From a virus: a stretch of 30,750 bases of DNA. The stretch is taken from positions 1 through 30,750 of the IMG/VR virus record IMGVR_UViG_3300045988_021200, one strand, 5' to 3'. Below the pieces are notes generated by a model that was given only the letters and a program-made list of their open reading frames with translations, was not told the origin of the DNA and did not search any database. Of this stretch, positions 6,809 through 13,561 are shown one piece after another (within the stretch, counting starts at the first letter, position 1; each line of letters opens with the position of its first letter). A program made the position numbers and the translations under genes.

Positions 6809-7090
6809 GTGATTAAAATACTGACAGATGAAGACTTGAAGAAGTTGAGTCCGGAAGATAAGGCATTCTTGGCAGGCTTTTGCGCTGCTACCGATAGCGC
6901 CGCAAGCTTGCTGTACAACTTGGATGTATACCAGGGCAATTTTGACGTTGACGGCGTGGATATCAATCTTGTGAGATTCTTGGAGAATCACGAAGAGGTG
7001 AGAGAAGCGCTGGAGGTAAGTTTGATGCACTGGATGGAAACCGAAAAGATGGAATACTTTACACAAATGATTGAATCGGAGCAGGAATAG
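6809..7090 (+). CDS. Acidic hypothetical protein
   Basis: A GTG start follows AAGGAGGAAG. 93 aa and rich in D/E. A 7-bp GC hairpin (6776..6794) lies just upstream. Confidence 0.65.
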   Translation: MIKILTDEDLKKLSPEDKAFLAGFCAATDSAASLLYNLDVYQGNFDVDGVDINLVRFLENHEEVREALEVSLMHWMETEKMEYFTQMIESEQE

Positions 7091-7184
7091 CCTCAGAACG
7101 GATTTTAAGACACCCAGAACGGCTCAAAAGTACAGAGTCGATAAATTATACCAAAGACAAAAAGCAAACGAAATAGGAGCAATT

Positions 7185-7508
7185 ATGAACGATAGAGAAA
7201 AGTGCCTGAGAGAGGCATGTGAGATTGTGAACGGAGCACGAAATCAGACCTATGGAAACGTGGAGGATAACTTCCAGAAGATAGCGAACTTGTGGAGCTG
7301 CTATCTCGGGTTCGGAGTAGGACCTATCGACGTAGCAATGATGATGGTGCTTCTAAAGGCGGCAAGAGTAAGCACCGGAACAACCCACTTGGACAACTTT
7401 GTCGATGTGGCAGGATATGCCGCATGTGCTTATGAGATGGGAAATGATAGAGACTGGGAAGGAGAAAGCAATGAAAGCAACAGCGACGACATTGGCAAAG
7501 TTGGTTAA
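7185..7508 (+). CDS. Conserved phage protein (DUF6378-like, tentative)
   Basis: ATG 7185 follows AGGAG. The sequence GARNQTYGNVEDNFQKIANLWSCYLG...IDVAMMMVLLKAARV...HLDNFVDVAGYAAC matches my memory of that family. Confidence 0.5.
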   Translation: MNDREKCLREACEIVNGARNQTYGNVEDNFQKIANLWSCYLGFGVGPIDVAMMMVLLKAARVSTGTTHLDNFVDVAGYAACAYEMGNDRDWEGESNESNSDDIGKVG

Positions 7509-7686
7509 GACCATGCGGAAGGCGGAAGGCGTAACGCAACCAGAGCTTGCTGAGATGGTGTATTCGGACGTTAGTTCGATTTGCCGCTGGGAGCACGGCG
7601 AAAGCATCACGTGGCACAAATTCATTGAGATTGCTGGGGTACTTGGCTACACGGTAGACATTGAAGTGAAGGGAGGTGCAGAGTAA
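7471..7686 (+). CDS. Small XRE-type HTH protein
   Basis: ATG 7471 follows GGAAGGAG. MRKAEGVTQPELAEMVYSDVSSICRWEHGES is an HTH. 71 aa. Confidence 0.65.
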   Translation: MKATATTLAKLVKTMRKAEGVTQPELAEMVYSDVSSICRWEHGESITWHKFIEIAGVLGYTVDIEVKGGAE

Positions 7687-7847
7687 TGTTTCGAGATTAC
7701 GGGCTGATGTGGTGTGAACTGAGAGCGCAAATGAAAGAACTGCAGGAGAAGAAGGATTCTATCGAACTTGTGGTTCTGATTGCGGTCATGGACCTAATCG
7801 AATACCTCGAAGAAGAGGGTGATTTGGAGGCGAAGGATGAGCTATAA
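7686..7847 (+). CDS. 53-aa hypothetical protein (below the ORF-track cutoff), paralog of 9201..9359
   Basis: The junction is TAATG with GGAGG at 7672..7676. It translates to MFRDYGLMWCELRAQMKELQEKKDSIELVVLIAVMDLIEYLEEEGDLEAKDEL. Confidence 0.55.
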   Translation: MFRDYGLMWCELRAQMKELQEKKDSIELVVLIAVMDLIEYLEEEGDLEAKDEL

Positions 7848-8181
7848 CTGGACGAAGTACAACAACCAAAAAATCACCGTGAACGGTCAGGTGTTCGATT
7901 CGAAGAAAGAGGCGAACCGGTACAAAGAGCTCCTACTGCTGGAAAAGGCAGGGGGGATTAAGGACTTGCGGACACAGGTTAAATTCAAACTCATTCCGGC
8001 ACAACGTGACGAGGCGACCGGGAAGGTGATTGAACGAGAGTGTTCCTATAAGGCGGATTTTGTCTACGAGGAGGACGGAAAGACCGTCGTGGAGGATGTG
8101 AAAGGCTTCCGGACGAAAGAGTATGTAATCAAGCGGAAGCTGATGTTATGGCGGTATGGAATTAGAATCAGGGAGGTATAG
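7837..8181 (+). CDS. DUF1064-like protein (PD-(D/E)xK-type nuclease fold family of Firmicutes phages)
   Basis: ATG 7837 follows GGAGG. The sequence FDSKKEANRYKELLLLEKAGGIKDL...YKADFVY...EDVKG...KRKL matches the DUF1064 pattern as I remember it. Confidence 0.6.
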   Translation: MSYNWTKYNNQKITVNGQVFDSKKEANRYKELLLLEKAGGIKDLRTQVKFKLIPAQRDEATGKVIERECSYKADFVYEEDGKTVVEDVKGFRTKEYVIKRKLMLWRYGIRIREV

Positions 8182-8182
8182 T

Positions 8183-8368
8183 ATGTGGCGACGATTAAAG
8201 GAGATTTTTCTTTGTTATCTGTTACCAATAATTGCAGTATTAACAATTGACATATTAGTAATGGCTAGATTGGCTTCACTTATGCCAATGAAATATTGTG
8301 TACTGGTTGTATTAACTGGAACATCTTTGGGACTCTTAATTGGGGCTTTTAGCGACAGAGAGGTATAG
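8183..8368 (+). CDS. Small membrane protein (2 predicted TM), hypothetical
   Basis: ATG 8183 follows GGGAGG. The hydrophobic stretches are IFLCYLLPIIAVLTIDILVMA and YCVLVVLTGTSLGLLIGAF. The segment is AT-rich. Confidence 0.6.
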   Translation: MWRRLKEIFLCYLLPIIAVLTIDILVMARLASLMPMKYCVLVVLTGTSLGLLIGAFSDREV

Positions 8369-8370
8369 GA

Positions 8371-8541
8371 GTGAGAATATTAATCGGTTTCAATATGATA
8401 GCATTTGCGATAAACTTGCTAATCACATTGGTTATGGGATGGGATTTAGACACAAAAGACAAGCTACTTCTTATCACGGGAGAACCTATAATTCTTGGAA
8501 TTATATCTGTAGGAACCTATTTGTTAGTCGGGGAGGTTTAG
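8371..8541 (+). CDS. Small membrane protein (2 predicted TM), hypothetical, not in the ORF track
   Basis: A GTG start follows GAGAGG. It translates to VRILIGFNMIAFAINLLITLVMGWDLDTKDKLLLITGEPIILGIISVGTYLLVGEV. It exactly fills the gap before 8545. Confidence 0.5.
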   Translation: MRILIGFNMIAFAINLLITLVMGWDLDTKDKLLLITGEPIILGIISVGTYLLVGEV

Positions 8542-8544
8542 AAA

Positions 8545-8898
8545 ATGGAATGGAATCCAATTGTCGGTGGAGACCTTGGTGATGTACCAATATTCGAAGA
8601 TGTTCTATTCACAATAATTGATGAAGTTACAGGTGAAGCGTATGTGATATACGATACAATTGACCCAAGCCTTGCGAAGGACGGGATTGTGGCTTTTAGT
8701 GAGTGGACTCTCAACAGAACGGAAAAAGTTATAGCGTGGGCTGACCTTCCCGAACCGTTCAAGCCGAAAGATTGCAACATCTGCGCATACCGGAGGGAGT
8801 GGACAGACGAATTCGGTGACAATTGGTTTGAGTGTGAATTGCTCCAATGTGATGTTCCCCCAAACGGCAAGCTGAACGATTGCCCACTGAATAGATAG
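8545..8898 (+). CDS. Hypothetical protein
   Basis: A GGGAGG RBS is present. 117 aa with a Cys-containing C-terminus. Confidence 0.65.
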   Translation: MEWNPIVGGDLGDVPIFEDVLFTIIDEVTGEAYVIYDTIDPSLAKDGIVAFSEWTLNRTEKVIAWADLPEPFKPKDCNICAYRREWTDEFGDNWFECELLQCDVPPNGKLNDCPLNR

Positions 8899-9160
8899 TT
8901 ACAAGTCGAGTAATTACCATTTTCGTGAGGTAACGAAAGTGGTTCGTGATGAGTTACAAGTTGAGTTGTTCGTTGCGTAATTACACAAGATTACACAACA
9001 ATTACACAAGAATTACACAAGACTATTGATGTATTAGTTGATGTATTAGTTGATGTATTAAGTCAAGAAAAGTCAAGGAATTAGTCAAGGAAATGCGTTC
9101 AAACCTTGAAATATAAGCGTTTGAAGCGTGCTAGGAAGTTATAAGTTAGTCAAAGGTTAA
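8897..9160. repeat. Noncoding iteron hub with at least four direct-repeat families
   Basis: AGTTACAAGT(C/T)GAGT occurs at 8897 and 8952. ATTACACAA occurs at 8980, 8990, 9001 and 9012. TTGATGTATTAG occurs three times in tandem (9026..9061). AGTCAAG occurs at 9061, 9071 and 9083, plus AGTCAAAG at 9149. No ORF spans the region. Confidence 0.9.
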
Positions 9161-9200
9161 GTTTTAAAAAGTGTTAAATTAGCGTTAGGAGGTGTGAATA

Positions 9201-9359
9201 ATGCTCAGAGATTATGAGTCGATGTGGGGCGAACTGAGAAGTCAACTTAAAGAGCGAGTACGAATGGAAAATATAAGCGAGAAGGAAGAGGACCCAGAAT
9301 CATACTATTTATGGGTAGTGATAAAGATGATGGATAACATGGAATATTTCGATGTGTAA
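9201..9359 (+). CDS. 52-aa hypothetical protein (below the ORF-track cutoff), paralog of 7686..7847
   Basis: GGAGGTG lies 7 nt upstream. It translates to MLRDYESMWGELRSQLKERVRMENISEKEEDPESYYLWVVIKMMDNMEYFDV. Confidence 0.6.
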   Translation: MLRDYESMWGELRSQLKERVRMENISEKEEDPESYYLWVVIKMMDNMEYFDV

Positions 9360-9371
9360 GGAGGATAGCAT

Positions 9372-9593
9372 ATGTGGGTCGATATTGATGATGTGATAGC
9401 AGAATTAGAACGATTGAGAAGAAAAACCGAAGAAGAATTTGACGGAGAAGAGGATTCGACCATTAAGACAATGCTCTACGGAACGTTAGTGGGGTACAGC
9501 AAAGTTGAAATAATGCTGTGCAAGCTGGAAACAGAAGAGTATCGGAAGCAAGGATTGGAACATATCAGAAGTTTGAGGGAGGAACAAAAGTGA
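9372..9593 (+). CDS. Hypothetical protein (coiled-coil-like, acidic)
   Basis: An AAGGAGG RBS is present. 73 aa. Confidence 0.65.
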   Translation: MWVDIDDVIAELERLRRKTEEEFDGEEDSTIKTMLYGTLVGYSKVEIMLCKLETEEYRKQGLEHIRSLREEQK

Positions 9594-10006
9594 AGAACAG
9601 AGAAAAATATAAAAACGAGTTGATAAAGGTTATCAAGAAGGACGGTAAGCTGTGTGAATTCGTGAAAAAGCACGAGGTATTCCGGATGTTCGGAAAGGAC
9701 TCAAAAAGTTACTGCAAAATGACTTGTGTTACTTGTGGCACGGCACTACAGCTTTGGCTGGACGAAGAATACGAAGAGCCCGAAGTCGATTGGGCCAAAG
9801 TCCCCGTTGACACGCTTGTACGGGTTCGTGACAGAGAGGAACAAGAGTGGACTTTGATGTATTTCAAAGGAATCAGCGATTATGACCGTGTACACAGATT
9901 TATGACGTGGTGTGATGGAGCGACAAGCAAAACAGCCTCCGGCGGGGACTACGTGAGGTGGAAGTACTGCGAATTAGTGGAGGATGAAGACGATGGTTGT
10001 AATTAA
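9590..10006 (+). CDS. Hypothetical protein
   Basis: The GTG start is coupled to the preceding stop (GTGA), with GAGGGAGG upstream. The ORF-track start at 9518 overlaps the previous gene and has no RBS. Confidence 0.55.
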   Translation: MKNREKYKNELIKVIKKDGKLCEFVKKHEVFRMFGKDSKSYCKMTCVTCGTALQLWLDEEYEEPEVDWAKVPVDTLVRVRDREEQEWTLMYFKGISDYDRVHRFMTWCDGATSKTASGGDYVRWKYCELVEDEDDGCN

Positions 10007-10199
10007 GACTGGAATGAGCGAACTTCCACAGGTGTGTGAGGAGTGCCGATATTATGGAGTTCGCCCGCATCCATATGACGGATGGATGGATATGTGCGAG
10101 CTGTGCGGAGAAAAACTCGATTGTAGAGGGGGCGGATGGGATTACGACGGCAACAAGAGAGCCGATAACTGCCCGCTGATGGAGGTTGAAGATGAATAG
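9993..10199 (+). CDS. Small Cys-rich (zinc-ribbon-like) protein
   Basis: CEEC...CELCG motifs are present. ATG 9993 lies about 10 nt after GGAGG. ATG 9984 is too close to the RBS. Confidence 0.55.
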   Translation: MVVIKTGMSELPQVCEECRYYGVRPHPYDGWMDMCELCGEKLDCRGGGWDYDGNKRADNCPLMEVEDE

Positions 10200-10353
10200 G
10201 AAAGAATGTATTGACGACTTGAATTATACCAAAAAGGCGCTCACAGAAGGCACTCTAACACGGGATGATGCAATCATTCTCCTTATCGACACGCTGACTG
10301 AATACTTGAAAGGAGGCAAACCACAGGTAGTTGAGATTGGGGAGAAGGTATAG
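10192..10353 (+). CDS. 53-aa hypothetical protein, not in the ORF track
   Basis: GGAGG (10181..10185) lies 6 nt before the ATG. It translates to MNRKECIDDLNYTKKALTEGTLTRDDAIILLIDTLTEYLKGGKPQVVEIGEKV. Confidence 0.55.
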   Translation: MNRKECIDDLNYTKKALTEGTLTRDDAIILLIDTLTEYLKGGKPQVVEIGEKV

Positions 10354-10543
10354 CGAGCTTCCAAACGAGTTTTTCGAAGCCTGCTATTGGATGCAGAGCA
10401 GGGAAATTCCAATGAGGGTTGCGGCGGAGTTGGCAGGGATACCCACTTCAACATTCCACCGCAACTACCCATACTGGGAAGGCTACATTTACGATTCCGA
10501 CGGAAGGATTATAGGAGAGAAATGTTCAAAAAGAAAACGATAA
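10331..10543 (+). CDS. Small putative HTH protein
   Basis: IPMRVAAELAGIPTSTFHRNY is HTH-like. The TTG start has distant RBS spacing, so the start is uncertain. Confidence 0.45.
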   Translation: MRLGRRYSELPNEFFEACYWMQSREIPMRVAAELAGIPTSTFHRNYPYWEGYIYDSDGRIIGEKCSKRKR

Positions 10544-10974
10544 GAAGGACACTTGAACAGCATGTGTTTAAAAACCAGCCTATTAAGACCGTGAAGGAGC
10601 TTGCAGAGCTCACCATGTCAATTGCGCAGGACTACAACAGGATGTTAATGAGCGAAGACGAACTGATTGCGTACAAGTTAGAACGAGAGTGTAATCAAAT
10701 TGAAGGGGATGTTATGGATAGAAAACTTATTGAGCAGTGGCAAAAAGATTTCCATGAAGTAGTCGAGAGCTTGGATGTTGAAAAATACAAGGCGTTCTAC
10801 CGGATGTATCAGGATAACGTTTACGGAGGCAGACCAATGCCGAAAAGCGATAAGGTAATCATGGCTGCTATGTGCAAGGTGGCGCTTACGCTTACGACAA
10901 TCTCGGAACCAACAAAAAAGAAGGCTGCCGAATGGCTTGAAGCAAACAATTTCACGAAAGGAATATGGATATGA
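10522..10974 (+). CDS. Hypothetical protein
   Basis: ATG 10522 follows AGGAGAG. 150 aa. The upstream part of ORF 10387..10974 overlaps the previous gene in another frame. Confidence 0.6.
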   Translation: MFKKKTIRRTLEQHVFKNQPIKTVKELAELTMSIAQDYNRMLMSEDELIAYKLERECNQIEGDVMDRKLIEQWQKDFHEVVESLDVEKYKAFYRMYQDNVYGGRPMPKSDKVIMAAMCKVALTLTTISEPTKKKAAEWLEANNFTKGIWI

Positions 10975-11231
10975 GAAGGTATAGAATCAGCACCGACAAG
11001 GTGAGGAAGCGATTAGATGGCTCGTTCATCTATTCGTTAGACGATGGCGATGTTACGATTGCCTGCCGTGACAAGGAGGTGGCAATATTCCAAAAAGGAA
11101 ATGCGGTCCGGATGCCGCTCGGTCAGCTAAAGTGGCTGCTGGAAATGTGCGATGAGCATTACGACAATATAAAGTTTGCGGTAGAGATGTACATGCGGGC
11201 GAATCGAGATGAGATAGGAACGATAGAATAG
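10965..11231 (+). CDS. Hypothetical protein
   Basis: 88 aa, with a start overlapping the previous gene and AAAGGAA upstream. Confidence 0.6.
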   Translation: MDMRRYRISTDKVRKRLDGSFIYSLDDGDVTIACRDKEVAIFQKGNAVRMPLGQLKWLLEMCDEHYDNIKFAVEMYMRANRDEIGTIE

Positions 11232-11241
11232 GAGGTATCGG

Positions 11242-11679
11242 ATGACAGAATATGCACAAATTGCGGATGCGAGGCTCCGGAAGTTGGGCGAGGCGGAATG
11301 GGAAATTAAATCTTGTATGCAGCGGATAGAAGAACTGGAGAATGTAGCTCAATGTTGTGGGTCTTTGAACATCACCGACAAGGTGCAGAATTCTGTCACC
11401 GGTAACAAGATGGAGGATGCTGTCGTGGAACTGCTGGAAGAACAGGAGCGATTAAGAACGGTTGCTTCTAACTGGGTGCAGCTCAAAAGAGCTATAATAT
11501 CGGAGCTTGAATCAATCAATCCAACTTATAGAGACGTCTTGACACGAAGATACATTCTTAAGCAAAGCACGGAAGAGGCGGCGAAAGAGTTAAACTACTC
11601 GGAATCGCACACCAAACGTCTCAAAAGGCAAGCGTTGGAATGCCTCGGAAGAGAAATTGCAAATCATGATACCAGATGA
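11242..11679 (+). CDS. ArpU/RinA-like late transcriptional activator (sigma-70 region-4-like HTH)
   Basis: The C-terminus YRDVLTRRYILKQSTEEAAKELNYSESHTKRLKRQALECL is a sigma region-4-type HTH. It sits upstream of the packaging module. A GGAGG RBS is present. Confidence 0.7.
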   Translation: MTEYAQIADARLRKLGEAEWEIKSCMQRIEELENVAQCCGSLNITDKVQNSVTGNKMEDAVVELLEEQERLRTVASNWVQLKRAIISELESINPTYRDVLTRRYILKQSTEEAAKELNYSESHTKRLKRQALECLGREIANHDTR

Positions 11680-11756
11680 TACTTTCCTTTATGCTATTAT
11701 GTATGTGGAACATAAGCAGTCCTTTCTCCAAGAATAAAATGAGGAATAGTCGGGAG

Positions 11757-11783
11757 CGACCGCCGAAAGGCGGTTGTTTTCTT
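11757..11783 (+). terminator. Rho-independent terminator after the late activator
   Basis: Stem ACCGCC (11759..11764), loop GAAA, stem GGCGGT (11769..11774), then TGTTTTCTT. Confidence 0.7.
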
Positions 11784-11804
11784 GCAGGAATTCTCAAAAG
11801 TATA

Positions 11805-11833
11805 TGGCAATCCACAGCAATCATTGGTATAAT
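11805..11833 (+). promoter_or_regulatory. Candidate extended -10 promoter for the lipoprotein gene
   Basis: TGGTATAAT spans 11825..11833 and fits TGnTATAAT. A weak -35, TGGCAA, lies 17 nt upstream. Confidence 0.5.
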
Positions 11834-11872
11834 CACATTGAATATTTCTTTTATAATCGAAAGGGGAAAACA

Positions 11873-12286
11873 ATGAGAAAGAAAATTATTGCGCTGCTTA
11901 TGGTTGCCATGGTTGCAACGTTAGCCGGATGCGGTTCTTCCGGAACGAAGGAAACAAAGAAGGCGGAAGAAAAAAAGCCAACCTATGAATCTGTGTACAA
12001 GGAGTACAGCCAGAAGATGAAGGATGCTACACCGGGTCTGATTGAAGAGTACAAGAAAGATGCTGAGGGTGTATCTGACATAAACAAACTGGCAAACATC
12101 AGCGCAAAGAAAACAGAAAAGCTTGCAAACATCTGTGCAAAGGGCGGAAAGAGACTCGCCGCAATCCACACAAAAGAAAACGACGATGAAGATAAGTACA
12201 ATGAGTGGATGAACAAGCTGACTGATGTATATCAGGATGAAGCACAAAAAATAACCGATGCATACCAAGACAGTGTGCTTGGATAG
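11873..12286 (+). CDS. Secreted lipoprotein, function unknown
   Basis: MRKKIIALLMVAMVATLAGC carries a signal peptide and the lipobox L-A-G-C. AAAGGGGAAAA lies upstream. There is an internal KLANISAKK/KLANICAKG repeat. Confidence 0.85.
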   Translation: MRKKIIALLMVAMVATLAGCGSSGTKETKKAEEKKPTYESVYKEYSQKMKDATPGLIEEYKKDAEGVSDINKLANISAKKTEKLANICAKGGKRLAAIHTKENDDEDKYNEWMNKLTDVYQDEAQKITDAYQDSVLG

Positions 12287-12294
12287 AACAAAAA

Positions 12295-12330
12295 ATAGCC
12301 GGGGCGTTAAATCGTTCCGGCTATTTTATT
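12295..12330 (+). terminator. Rho-independent terminator 1 after the lipoprotein gene
   Basis: Stem ATAGCCGG (12295..12302) pairs with CCGGCTAT (12317..12324), followed by TTTATT. Confidence 0.7.
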
Positions 12331-12334
12331 AGAT

Positions 12335-12357
12335 GCCGCCGAGAGGCGGTTTTTTTA
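12335..12357 (+). terminator. Rho-independent terminator 2
   Basis: GCCGCC, loop GAGA, GGCGGT, followed by TTTTTTT. Confidence 0.8.
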
Positions 12358-12372
12358 TTGCAGAAGGAGAAG

Positions 12373-13548
12373 ATGATGAACGTTCAGCAGGTCAAAATTG
12401 AAAAGGTAAAACCATACGACAAGAACCCGAGAAAGAACAAAGCGGCGGTAGACTACGTGGCAAATTCGATTAAAGAATTCGGATTCCAGCAGCCAATCGT
12501 AGTTGATAAGGACATGGTCGTGATTGCAGGGCACACCCGGCTGAAAGCTGCGAAAAAGCTCAAATTAAAGGAAGTTCCTGTAGTTATTGCTGACAATCTT
12601 ACAGAAGAGCAGGTGAAAGCGTATCGCCTAGCAGACAACAAGACTGCGGAAAAGGCGGAATGGGACTTCGATTTGTTAACCGATGAACTTCTCAGCCTTC
12701 AGGAATTGGATTTCGACATGGAGCAGTTCGGGTTCGACTTCGATTTCAGCGAGGATGGAGAGGTCGTCGAAGATGAAAGCTGGGAAGCAGAAGTGCCGGA
12801 GGAGCCAATATCCCAGAGAGGTGACATATGGGTGCTTGGTCGGCACAGGCTTATGTGCGGGGACAGCACGGATGCGGCTGATGTTGCGTTGCTGATGGAT
12901 GGCAACAAAGCGGACATGCTTCTCACAGACCCGCCTTACAACGTTGATTACACCGGAAAGGCGAGCGAACTTGAAACAAAGAAAATCGAAAACGACAAGA
13001 TGGAGGATTCTGCATTTTAAGACTTTCTGACAAGTGCATTCTCGAATGCAGAAGAGAACATGAAGGCTGGAGGGGTTTTCTATATTTGGCACGCAGGACT
13101 CGAAGGTCCAAACTTTATGACCGCCTGCAAAAGGGTGGGTTTCCAAGTGCGCCAGATTCTTATATGGAACAAGGACTCCTTGGCAATGGGAAGACAAGAT
13201 TACCAATGGAAACATGAACCCTGCCTGTATGGGTGGAAAGACGGAGCAAGCCACCTCTGGGCATCAGATAGAAAGCAGACCACAGTATTGGACTTTGAGA
13301 AGCCGCAGAAAAACAGCCTGCACCCTACGATGAAGCCAATAAAACTGTTCGACTACCAAATCAAGAACAACACCAAGGGTGACGATATTGTCCTTGACCT
13401 ATTTGGAGGAAGCGGAACCACCATCATGGCTGCTGAGCAGAACGGCAGGAGAGGGTTTGTCATGGAATACGACCCGAAGTTCGTAGACGTAATTGTAGAC
13501 CGATGGGAGCAGTTCACCGGCATGAAGGCAAAGAAAATTAAAGAGTAA
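12373..13548 (+). pseudogene. ParB-like nuclease domain fused to an N6/N4 DNA methyltransferase, interrupted by an in-frame TAA at 13018..13020
   Basis: The N-terminal part has a ParB-N pattern (YDKNPRKN...IAGHTRLKAAKKL) and motif IV, DPPYN. The downstream ORF 13060..13548 is in the same frame and carries motif I, LDLFGGSGTT. Translation across the gap reads ...EDSAF*DFLTSAFSNAEENMKAGGVFYIWH, which is continuous with the family. Confidence 0.8.
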
Positions 13549-13561
13549 AGGGGGGTTGAAA

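Noticed and set aside
8340-8582. An 80-aa + strand ORF from the ORF track
   Set aside because: It overlaps the ends of two better-supported genes and has no RBS. Its translation is non-protein-like. The GTG ORF 8371..8541 and ATG 8545 each have an SD and tile the region without overlap.
8979-9090. Possible CRISPR array suggested by the short tandem repeats
   Set aside because: The units are only 9-12 bp and are contiguous or 1-3 bp apart, with no spacers. Three different repeat sequences occur and no cas genes are present. This is an iteron-type array, not CRISPR.
13018-13020. Stop-codon reassignment (TAA read as sense) to explain the split methyltransferase
   Set aside because: TAA terminates many well-supported genes here at natural ends, for example 845..847, 2955..2957, 3304..3306 and 17992..17994. 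No suppressor tRNA is seen in the window.
12676-13254. A 192-aa minus-strand ORF spanning the methyltransferase interruption
   Set aside because: It is a shadow ORF of the ParB-methyltransferase coding sequence. The + strand carries clear DPPY and FGGSG motifs and the minus ORF has none.
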